Shown here: positions 56,360 through 64,000 of the stretch, piece by piece
Layout of the letters: every line of letters begins with the position of its first letter
Numbering within the stretch: the stretch's first letter is position 1
Assembly (NCBI GenBank): GCA_023511655.1
Contig: JAIMBB010000002.1
Span: forward strand, 928-64,927
Direction of reading: 5' to 3'
Source: Anaerolineae bacterium
GTDB taxonomy: Bacteria; Chloroflexota; Anaerolineae; J036; Brachytrichaceae
Length of the DNA stretch: 64,000 nt
Made by a program: the position numbers and the translations under genes
Notes under the pieces: model-generated
The model's database searches: none
Seen by the model: only the letters and a program-made list of their open reading frames with translations
What the model was told of the DNA's origin: nothing

Positions 56360-57169
56360 ATGGATTGGCTACCTCTCATCATCGCTGCAGTCGTCGGTGT
56401 CGTTATCGGAGCGGTCTTCACCATGATACCCTATCGCCGGCGAGGCGAGGAATACGAGAGCCGTATCCGCGACCTGGATGCGAAGGTCCGAAACGCCGAG
56501 CGCGAATTAAACGATGCGCGCAGCCAGGTTCAGATGCTGCAGGCCAATGTGCGCACCACCGAAGCCAATCTGACGGATGCTCGCAGCCTGGTCACCACGC
56601 TCGAAAGCAACGTCAACTCCCTCAGCGAAGCGAAGGCAGCCCTCGAGGCCGACGTCCAGGCGTTGAAAGAACAGAAGAGCGCCCTCGAAGCCAGCATCCG
56701 TTCGCTGACGGATGAGAAGAGCGGTTTGGAGGCGACTTTGAGCGAGCGCGTGACTGAGCTGGAGCAAATGAAAGCTTCCCTGGCTCATCTCCAGAGCCAA
56801 TTCGACGAAGCCACGACCAAACTCGCGGAGCTGAGCACTCAGCTCGAGGGAGCCAACGCCGAACTCGCGACGGTGAAGGGCAACTATGAGGCCGTCGTCG
56901 GCGTGTTAGGAAGCAAGGAGGTCGAGCTGAACACGCTGCACGGCGATGTGGAAAAGCTGCGACAAGATGTAGGAGCGGTCGGCGTCTTGAAGGATGATTT
57001 GGAAGCCAGGCTCGCGCGCACACGCAACGACGTCGCTGCTGAGTTGGCTCTATACACTGCCGCGATGATCAGGATGAAAGAAGAGGCGCTGAACAAAGCC
57101 ACTGCGCGCATCAATGTGCTAAAGACTCGATTGAGCGAAGCAGGACTGACGATAAGTGACGAAGACTAA
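56360..57169 (+). CDS. TM-anchored coiled-coil protein (269 aa)
   Basis: TAAGGAGGAG SD. N-terminal TM helix (WLPLIIAAVVGVVIGAVFTMI) followed by continuous heptad-like E/L/A/K-rich sequence. Confidence 0.7.
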   Translation: MDWLPLIIAAVVGVVIGAVFTMIPYRRRGEEYESRIRDLDAKVRNAERELNDARSQVQMLQANVRTTEANLTDARSLVTTLESNVNSLSEAKAALEADVQALKEQKSALEASIRSLTDEKSGLEATLSERVTELEQMKASLAHLQSQFDEATTKLAELSTQLEGANAELATVKGNYEAVVGVLGSKEVELNTLHGDVEKLRQDVGAVGVLKDDLEARLARTRNDVAAELALYTAAMIRMKEEALNKATARINVLKTRLSEAGLTISDED

Positions 57170-57231
57170 ATGCCATGTCGGATGGTGTGGAGCGGCCGGT
57201 CCACCCCATCCGCGCCTATGGGAGCAGAGCT

Positions 57232-60200
57232 ATGGACATCAACATTTTATTGCTAATCGCTGCCCTCATCGTGGGGATCATCATTGGTTGGATCCTCGCC
57301 CGGGGCCAGACGAGCGGAACGATTAACGAGCTTGAGTCGCGCGTGCGCACGGCGCAGACGGCGGCAGAAGGCGCCAAACGCGATCTCACCAACGCCCAAT
57401 CCGAGTTGACGGTCAAAGAATCCCACATCAAGACGCTCAACGCCAACATCGGCATCCTGGAGGAGAAGCTCCGCCGGGCCGAGCAGGGGGATAAACAGGT
57501 CGCTGCCACGATCGCACAGCTACAGGAGGAACTGCGTGCTGCCACTGCCGATCGGCCTGCCTATGAGGCCGAGTTGCGCCAACGCGACGCCGAATTGAAC
57601 GAGCTGAGAGCACAACTCGCTAAGGCCCAGTTAGAAGCCGACGAGCTGCGTGCTAGGATCTCGGCTGCCGAGATGGAGCGTGAGAGCGCCACCCTACGCG
57701 CCCAGTTCGCGGCCGACACGACCGAAGTCACCGAAGAAGCTCAATTCCAGGCCACGCTGACAGAACCCACCCAGGCTCGGGTGGAAGAGGTTGAAGCCAG
57801 CGCCAGGGTGGCAGAGGCCGAAATCAGGGCTAAGGCAGAAGAGGCTATCCAGGCAGAGCAAGCGAAGGTGGCGGCCCTCGAAGCGCACGCAGCCGAGCTG
57901 CGAAAAGAAGTCCGCGAACTGCGCGATGGCCTTGCCACACTCGCCTTCGCCGGCGCCGAACTCGTCGCCCGTTACGAGAAGCGCACCCACGAGTATGAAG
58001 ATCAACTCGTGCGCCTGCAAGCTCAGCCTGTCGGCGCGACCGGGCTCGTGATCGGCAGCGCTGCGGTGGCCGAAGAGACGCAATCCCAACTCGCTGCACT
58101 GGCAGCCGAGCTTGATGCACTCGTCGCTGGTAAGGCCGAGCTGGAGATGCAACTGCAAGCACGCACCACGGAACTCGAAGAGCTGCGCGGACAGTGCGAC
58201 GCCATTCGCCGAGACTTACAAACGGAGACCACCAGCAAGGGCGAACTCGTCTCGCTGATTCAGAGGCGCGATAGCGACCTGGGCGAGCTTCGGGAAAAAC
58301 TGAGCGTGCTCGACGCCGAGTTAGATGGCGTCATCGAATCCTCGCCTGAGCTGGTGGCCAGGCTTGCCCCGCCGGCAACTGGGGAAGAAGGCCAGACCGA
58401 TCCATCCGCACAACCGCTCAAAATTCTGGCCAAATTCGGCCTCGTCAAGAGCCTGATCAATGCACTCGCCGCCGGCAAGTCCGAATTGGAGAGCCAGCTC
58501 CAGGCGCGCAGCTCGGAGCTGGACGAAACGAAGCAGCGGTTCGCAGCGCTGCAAGCGGACATCGGTGCATTGCTGACCAACGGTCAGGGTGAAGCGGGCC
58601 AAACGCTGGCCATGATCGGCGAGGAACTGCCTGAGGATCCACAGGCCAGATTGACGCTGCTCAAGACCCGTATTGAAGACTTGAACGCAGCGAACGTTGA
58701 GCTGAGAGATCTGCGCGCGCGGCTGGGGGATGTGGAGGCCGAGGTTGACGCGTGGCTCGGTTCGATCGGCGTGCCGGAGGGCGAAGGGCAGCTCGACCTG
58801 AAAGCCAAGCTTGGGCTGCTGAAGACGCGGGTTGCCGAGCTCGACCAGGCCAGGGCGACGCTGACGGCCCAGGTGGACGCCGGAGCCGCGGAGCTGGGCG
58901 ATCTGCGCGCGCGGCTGGGCGAGGTGGAAGCCGATGTCGACGCATGGCTGCGCACGCAAGTCGAGGTGCTGGAGGGCGAAATACCCGCCGACTTGAAGGG
59001 CAAGCTTACGCTGTTTAAGTCCAGCTTCTATGGCCTTAAACAGGCTAAGGAGGGAGCGGAGGCCAGGCTGCAGGAGGAAGACGCACGGCTGGCAAAACTC
59101 AGTGAGCAACTGGCCAAGGTTCAAGGCGAGGTGGAGGCCGCCGTTCAGGCCAAAGCTGAGCTGGAGACGCGGCTGCAGGAGAAAGAAGCGGAGCTCGCGG
59201 GGCTGAACGATCAACTGGCCGCAGTCCGAGGTGAACTGGAGGCCACCAATCAGGCTAAGACCGACCTGGTTGCGCAGATTGATGCGCTCTCTTCTGCCAA
59301 GGCCGACCTGGAGGTGCAGCTGAGCGAGATCAACAAGCGGCTGAGGCAACTGGAAGAGGAGCGACAAGATGGCGGTCGCTCGGTCCTGGGCACTGCGACT
59401 ATCGCCGCCGGAGCTGCGACGCTGGGAGCGGTAGCTACCTCAAGAGGTGAGGGTGAAGGTGAGGCTGCTACGCAGGCCGATCTGGCTGCACAACTGGTAA
59501 CCAAAGACGCGGAGATCGCGGACTTGAACGCGCGCCTGGAAGCGCTAAAGAACGTCCTTCAGGCGCGCGAGGTCGAACTTGGCGAGCTGCAGGCTAAGCT
59601 CGCCGGGCTGCCTGCACCAGAGGTTGGCGTTGAAGTACCTACGCTCGCAGTCGAGGCAGAAGCACCGGAGGTTGACGTCGCCGGCGATCTTCGTGCGCAA
59701 CTGGACGCCCTGCAGGCACAACTGAGCACCGTGATCGCCGAGCGCGATGAGCTGAGGGCCGAGCTGGAGGCCAAGGCGGAAGCGCCGGAGGTTGACGTCG
59801 CCGGCGATCTTCGCGCCCAACTGGACGCCTTGCAGGCACAACTGAGCACCGTGATCGCCGAGCGCGATGAGCTGAGGGCCGAGCTGGAGGCCAAGGCGGA
59901 AGCGCCTACGTTGGCCGCTGAGGTGCCGGCAGAGCCGTTGACGCTCACGCGCCAGTATGTGAAGGAGGCTAAGGAGGCGGCGATCCGCGCGGCTACCAAG
60001 GCCGGACGTGAAGTCAAGACCTCGGAGTGTCCGCAGGACCTGGCCATGACCAGAGGCATCGGCTCGGTCTTCGAGCAGCGCTTGTACGCCGCTGGCATCG
60101 GCACGTTCTGGGAACTGGCCAACCTGACCGACGACGACTTCAAGCGCATCCTTGAACTGGACGACCGGCAGTTGCTGCGCGTTGACTTCGAAGCGATTCG

Positions 60201-60474
60201 CAACGACGCGCGACGGTTGGCGTCGGAGACGGATTCGGTCGGCCGAGTGTGGCAAGGCGAAGAGCCCGATGACTTCGAACCGCTCGAGGGCATCGGCAGC
60301 GTCTACGAACGCAAGCTATACGAAGCCGGCATCTGCACGTTCGAGGCGCTGGCCAATACCACGGTCGAGCAGTTGATGGCGATCTGCCCGCCCACCAAGC
60401 TGCGCAAACCGAACTACGCCGATTGGATCGCGCAGGCGCGGATCATGGCGCAGAAGAAGCAGCGCAGAGCATGA
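57232..60474 (+). CDS. Giant TM-anchored coiled-coil protein with C-terminal tandem helix-hairpin-helix (DUF4332-like) modules
   Basis: GGGAG SD before ATG 57232 (the track ORF starts at 57175). TM helix (INILLLIAALIVGIIIGWILA) and about 900 aa of coiled coil. C-terminal GIGSVFEQRLYAAGIGTFWELA and GIGSVYERKLYEAGICTFEALA. Confidence 0.75.
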   Translation: MDINILLLIAALIVGIIIGWILARGQTSGTINELESRVRTAQTAAEGAKRDLTNAQSELTVKESHIKTLNANIGILEEKLRRAEQGDKQVAATIAQLQEELRAATADRPAYEAELRQRDAELNELRAQLAKAQLEADELRARISAAEMERESATLRAQFAADTTEVTEEAQFQATLTEPTQARVEEVEASARVAEAEIRAKAEEAIQAEQAKVAALEAHAAELRKEVRELRDGLATLAFAGAELVARYEKRTHEYEDQLVRLQAQPVGATGLVIGSAAVAEETQSQLAALAAELDALVAGKAELEMQLQARTTELEELRGQCDAIRRDLQTETTSKGELVSLIQRRDSDLGELREKLSVLDAELDGVIESSPELVARLAPPATGEEGQTDPSAQPLKILAKFGLVKSLINALAAGKSELESQLQARSSELDETKQRFAALQADIGALLTNGQGEAGQTLAMIGEELPEDPQARLTLLKTRIEDLNAANVELRDLRARLGDVEAEVDAWLGSIGVPEGEGQLDLKAKLGLLKTRVAELDQARATLTAQVDAGAAELGDLRARLGEVEADVDAWLRTQVEVLEGEIPADLKGKLTLFKSSFYGLKQAKEGAEARLQEEDARLAKLSEQLAKVQGEVEAAVQAKAELETRLQEKEAELAGLNDQLAAVRGELEATNQAKTDLVAQIDALSSAKADLEVQLSEINKRLRQLEEERQDGGRSVLGTATIAAGAATLGAVATSRGEGEGEAATQADLAAQLVTKDAEIADLNARLEALKNVLQAREVELGELQAKLAGLPAPEVGVEVPTLAVEAEAPEVDVAGDLRAQLDALQAQLSTVIAERDELRAELEAKAEAPEVDVAGDLRAQLDALQAQLSTVIAERDELRAELEAKAEAPTLAAEVPAEPLTLTRQYVKEAKEAAIRAATKAGREVKTSECPQDLAMTRGIGSVFEQRLYAAGIGTFWELANLTDDDFKRILELDDRQLLRVDFEAIRNDARRLASETDSVGRVWQGEEPDDFEPLEGIGSVYERKLYEAGICTFEALANTTVEQLMAICPPTKLRKPNYADWIAQARIMAQKKQRRA
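59655..59906 (+). repeat. Near-identical 120-bp tandem duplication (2 copies plus a partial third) inside the coiled-coil CDS
   Basis: Copies at 59655-59774 and 59775-59894 differ at about 5 positions. Each encodes EAPEVDVAGDLRAQLDALQAQLSTVIAERDELRAELEAKA. Confidence 0.9.
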
Positions 60475-60502
60475 GCCGGCGAGCATGACGAGTTGGTTGG
60501 AC

Positions 60503-60533
60503 GCGAACGGGGTGCCTTAGGCGCCCCGTTCGC
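60503..60533 (+). terminator. 14-bp stem hairpin 29 nt after the coiled-coil gene stop
   Basis: GCGAACGGGGTGCC, loop TTA, GGCGCCCCGTTCGC (one G-U pair). No U-tract. Confidence 0.45.
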
Positions 60534-60798
60534 AAGCAAGTCGTTTGCGAATTCGAGGCGCGTCAATGGCGCCCGCGATGCCCCTTTGTCTGCTGCTTGT
60601 CGGGAAGAACACAGCTTCGTCCGCACATTGGCCAGCGATCCAAGCTAGAATACCGGGCGCGCGGCGCTATGTCGCGGTGAACTTGAAGACGATCCTTTTC
60701 TGAGCGGCGGTCGCTAACGTTGATCCATCGTTCATCGCATACTTTGCTTCGGTTCACAGTGCCAGCGAGATGTGCGTCGAACGCAAAGGGAGGTCGAA

Positions 60799-61158
60799 AT
60801 GTCGAACGATCGCAATGTGACAACTCAGGTGGGAGTATTCAAAGCGCTGATTAACCGAGCGCGCCTGATCTGGCATTTGATGCGCGATCCGCGTGTGCCG
60901 GTTTATCTCAAAGTGCTGCCCATAGCTACCGCGCTGTATGTCGTGTCGCCGGTGGACTTGCTCCCCGACGTTGCGCCGTTGCTCGGTCAGCTCGATGACC
61001 TCGGCGTTTTGCTGGTGGGCATCGAGTCGTTTATCGCGCTGTGCCCGGCCCATGTTGTCGAAGAACATCGTGCACAGATCGAAGGCCGCGAGTTCTATTC
61101 CACCGCCGATGCAAGCCGCTCGGATGAGACGATTGACGGCGAATGGCGGGTAAAGTGA
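60799..61158 (+). CDS. DUF1232 (YkvA-like) membrane protein
   Basis: GGGAGG SD. Conserved P..DLLPD..P.LG.LDD motif (VSPVDLLPDVAPLLGQLDDLGVLL). Confidence 0.75.
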   Translation: MSNDRNVTTQVGVFKALINRARLIWHLMRDPRVPVYLKVLPIATALYVVSPVDLLPDVAPLLGQLDDLGVLLVGIESFIALCPAHVVEEHRAQIEGREFYSTADASRSDETIDGEWRVK

Positions 61159-61224
61159 CCTCGACAAGGCCGGGTGGTAGCCTGCCACCAGCGCAGGTCG
61201 CCCGCGCGCTCGAGCGCGCGGCGT

Positions 61225-63108
61225 TCAGCGCGTCTTATCGCTATGCCACAGCGACAATGCCCACGAACCGGTGCTGACCAGCAATTCGCGCAGTTCGCGT
61301 GCCTCTGCAAGGGCCGTGCGCGCCGGATGCGCAAGGGCATAGAAAGGTAAAGGCAGCATGGCTTTGCGCGGCGGCGTGAGCAGGATAGCCGCTGGGCGTT
61401 TATCCTTCGGCAAGCCGGCGAGTTCGCGCGCCTTTTCTAGCGCCAGCGTGAAGTCGCCCAGCGCATCTACCAGTCGGTGCTCCCTGGCCTGCGCGCCTGT
61501 CCACACTCGCCCGCCGCAGATAGGCTCGAGCGCATCGAATTCGATCGCCCGGCCTTCTCCCACGATGCGTTTGAAGTCGTCGTAAGCGCGCGCCACCAGG
61601 TCGGCGAAGACCTCGCGTGTTTGGTCGTCCATCGGCTCGGCGTCGCTGAACAAGCCGGCGCGTCTGCCGCGCTGCAGCGATACGCGATGCACGCCGAGCT
61701 TCTCGAAGGCTTCTCGCGTGTGCGGCCTCAGCGCAATTACCCCGATGCTGCCGGTGACGGTGAGCGGTTGAGCGACGATGTAGTTCGCGAGCGCCGATAC
61801 GTAATAACCACCCGAAGCAGCTACTCCACCCATGTAGACCACGACCGGCTTTCTGGCGCGCAGACGGCGCACCTCGCGCGCGATCAAATCCGACGCCAGC
61901 ACAGCACCACCCCCCGAGTTCACATACAAAATCACGGCTGCGACGTTGTTATCCGCCTCGGCGCGGCGAATCAACTGCGCCACGCTCTCGGAACCGGTGA
62001 CCTCGTCGCTGATCAGCGGGATAGGCAGCGGCAGGCGTCGGCTGGCGCCAGGCACGATCAGCCCTTCGATCTTCACCACGCCAACCACCTTCGGCGCGTA
62101 TTCGACGATGGGGATGAGCAATGACTTGCGTGCGTCTTCCAGGTTGATGCAGGCGCGCCTGGCCTGTTCGGCCGCGGCTTGCTGGGCGCGGCGCAGATTG
62201 CCGGCCAACGCGGGCGCGATCTTCTCGATGCGCCGTGCGAGTAACTCGAACCGTTCATCTACCGGCGCAGGCGGCTCCGGAGAGAGATAACGGTCCAGTT
62301 CGTCTTCATAGAGGGCTGCGTCGAGCAGGCCATGCTGGACTGCTTCCTTCGCTCCGAAGGGTGCGCGATCTATTAGCTCGCGCACACGCTCCGGGGCGAG
62401 CCGGCGGCCCTCGGCAATGCCGCGCACCAGCTCATCGAAGCGTGCATCGAGTAGCCATTCAGCCTGTGCGCGTGCATCGGGCGAGAAGTCGTTGCGCGCG
62501 AATGCGTCGCCGGCAGACTTGAAGGGCGACACATTCACCACGTCCACGCCGATGCCCAGCCGGTCGAGAGCGTCTTTGATGAAGACGTATTCGTTGTGAA
62601 AGCCGAGCACGTTCCATTCGGCGCTGGGCGGCATGACAATCTGATCGCACGCGCATGCCAGATAGTACTGAAAGGGGCCGAACGACTCGGCGCAGGCGAC
62701 AAGCCGTTTGCCGCTGCTGCGAAAGTCCCCCAGCAGGCTGCGCAGGCCTTGATAAACCGCCGGCGTCGCAGTGCACCCGATCTTGATCACCACGCCCTTC
62801 ACCCGCGGGTCGAGCGCCAGCCGTTCGAAGGTGCGGCGTAGCTCGCTGACGCTGGTCGGCCCCGCCGGCAACGGCAGGAGACGGGTGAGGAACCCAGGAC
62901 CGGGCAATTCCGGACGCTGAGGAGGAAGCTCCACGATTTCGCCTTCGAGCGGAACGATGACGAAGGGCGGCAACTTGCGCCGTCCCCGCCATCTGTTACG
63001 CAGGTTCAACCGCGTGCGACGGATGAATGCGCCCAGACTCGCCACGGGTGGGATTATAGAGTTACCTACCGGCCCCGTGGCTGGTGAGTCCTCGGGTGTG
63101 GCCCACAA
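61225..63108 (-). CDS. sppA: Signal peptide peptidase SppA, 67K type (two S49 domains; start uncertain)
   Basis: Two ClpP/crotonase-like S49 halves (NSGGGAVLASD, GGVAASGGYY). Confidence 0.85.
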   Translation of the reverse strand: MWATPEDSPATGPVGNSIIPPVASLGAFIRRTRLNLRNRWRGRRKLPPFVIVPLEGEIVELPPQRPELPGPGFLTRLLPLPAGPTSVSELRRTFERLALDPRVKGVVIKIGCTATPAVYQGLRSLLGDFRSSGKRLVACAESFGPFQYYLACACDQIVMPPSAEWNVLGFHNEYVFIKDALDRLGIGVDVVNVSPFKSAGDAFARNDFSPDARAQAEWLLDARFDELVRGIAEGRRLAPERVRELIDRAPFGAKEAVQHGLLDAALYEDELDRYLSPEPPAPVDERFELLARRIEKIAPALAGNLRRAQQAAAEQARRACINLEDARKSLLIPIVEYAPKVVGVVKIEGLIVPGASRRLPLPIPLISDEVTGSESVAQLIRRAEADNNVAAVILYVNSGGGAVLASDLIAREVRRLRARKPVVVYMGGVAASGGYYVSALANYIVAQPLTVTGSIGVIALRPHTREAFEKLGVHRVSLQRGRRAGLFSDAEPMDDQTREVFADLVARAYDDFKRIVGEGRAIEFDALEPICGGRVWTGAQAREHRLVDALGDFTLALEKARELAGLPKDKRPAAILLTPPRKAMLPLPFYALAHPARTALAEARELRELLVSTGSWALSLWHSDKTR

Positions 63109-63126
63109 AGCGGGCGCCCTGGTGAC

Positions 63127-64000
63127 TCACGCACGGCAAACCAGGTGCACCCTCATCAGGATGTCGCGATAGTCATTCAGCGCGAAGCGGCCGCCGCCCA
63201 CACTCATGGCGTTGGCTGCGCCAGCTGCGACTGCGCTGCGCAGGGCGTCTGCCTCGGTCGCCCCTTCGGCCAGCCGATGCGCCAGCGCGCCCAGAAACAC
63301 GTCGCCGCTGCCGACGGAGCTGACGCTGCGCACCGCCGGCGGTGACGTGACCCATAGACCCTCGACGCCGGCCATGACCGCCCCTTGCCTGCCCAGCGTG
63401 ATGGCGCAACGCTGCCACCCACAGCGTTCGCGAATTGCTTGCGCGACGTGCACAGCGTCGTCCAACGACTCCACCGCGCGGCCGGCGAGTGCAGCGATCT
63501 CATCGGCATTGACTTTGACGTTGATGGATCGGACATCCACAGCTGCGCGCAGCCATTCGCCGCTGCTGTCCAGCCACACTTCCGCCCCCGACGCACGGCA
63601 GGCGTCGAGCAGCGCCGCGAAAGCGACCGGGGAGGGACCGCTGGGCACACTGCCGCTGAATGTCACTGCGTTGGCGTCGCCGGCCGCGCGTGCGATCACT
63701 GATTGTGTGAAGCGCTGCCAAGCCTCGTCACTTACGGGTGGGCCGGGCTCGTTGACGAGCGAGGCATCGTGTCCGCTGCCGTCCACGATGATCGTGGCGA
63801 ATCGCGTCTCGGCCTCAATCCAGGTCCACTCACCGTCCAGCCCTTCGGCCTCGGCGAGCTGGGTGAAATGGCGACCGGTGTGGCCGCCGAGCAATCCGGC
63901 GCAGCGGGCCCGTCCGCCAAGCCGCAAGACGCCTCGCGCGACGTTCAGCCCCTTGCCACCGGCCGAGATCAGCACCTGCGCGGCGCGGCTCACGCCGTGC
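63127..64000 (-). CDS. PfkB-family sugar-phosphate kinase (1-phosphofructokinase/tagatose-6-P kinase-like), 5' end outside the window
   Basis: AGGKGLNVA and the C-terminal VGSGDVFLGA motifs. The N-terminal beta strands expected before AGGKG are missing, so the gene runs off the right edge. Confidence 0.8.
   Translation of the reverse strand, partial: HGVSRAAQVLISAGGKGLNVARGVLRLGGRARCAGLLGGHTGRHFTQLAEAEGLDGEWTWIEAETRFATIIVDGSGHDASLVNEPGPPVSDEAWQRFTQSVIARAAGDANAVTFSGSVPSGPSPVAFAALLDACRASGAEVWLDSSGEWLRAAVDVRSINVKVNADEIAALAGRAVESLDDAVHVAQAIRERCGWQRCAITLGRQGAVMAGVEGLWVTSPPAVRSVSSVGSGDVFLGALAHRLAEGATEADALRSAVAAGAANAMSVGGGRFALNDYRDILMRVHLVCRA

Overview
High-GC (about 65% by eye), gene-dense bacterial chromosomal segment. 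I call about 55 protein genes and find no rRNA, tRNA, CRISPR array or clear IS/transposase. The taxon cannot be fixed from this window. The gene content (Uma2 nuclease, EAD-like adaptor domain, giant coiled-coil proteins, LCP, CHAD, bacterial translin) and the unusual intergenic tandem repeats would fit a filamentous Chloroflexota-like organism, but that is inference.

Most content is housekeeping or transport: guaB, ridA, nagA, argS, dcd, pepF, selD, sppA, mazG, a BMP-family nucleobase/nucleoside ABC operon ending in an Fcy1-type cytosine deaminase, an ECF transporter, a phnCDE-type transporter, and a K+/H+ antiporter.

Observations most worth follow-up:
1. A self-contained promoter / 32-codon ORF / intrinsic terminator cassette (16017-16268, minus strand). 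It has a built-in 9-nt antiterminator complementarity and sits directly upstream of an ABC-exporter / small TM / ABC-F / GNAT / GNAT / ABC-exporter gene string. It is a candidate leader-peptide attenuator and is absent from the ORF track.
2. Six same-orientation TGTGGA(T) DnaA-box-like repeats in a lower-GC divergent intergenic region (25665-25899). They coincide with a switch in coding-strand bias.
3. selD is a selenoprotein gene. An in-frame UGA at 51745-51747 aligns with the catalytic Cys/Sec, so the ORF track truncates the gene.
4. Dispersed families of 8-15 nt tandem repeats sit exactly at gene boundaries. They sometimes supply stop codons or C-terminal residues, and one is inserted in frame inside an ABC exporter.
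5. Two adjacent TM-anchored coiled-coil proteins (269 and about 1080 aa), the larger with tandem helix-hairpin-helix modules and a recent 120-bp internal duplication.
6. A frameshift-split secreted-protein gene.
7. A translationally coupled pair: a LAGLIDADG-like protein and an EAD-like membrane protein.

All functional calls come from motif and architecture recognition by eye. No database search was run. Start codons are often uncertain. The many long antisense ORFs in the track are treated as high-GC shadow ORFs.
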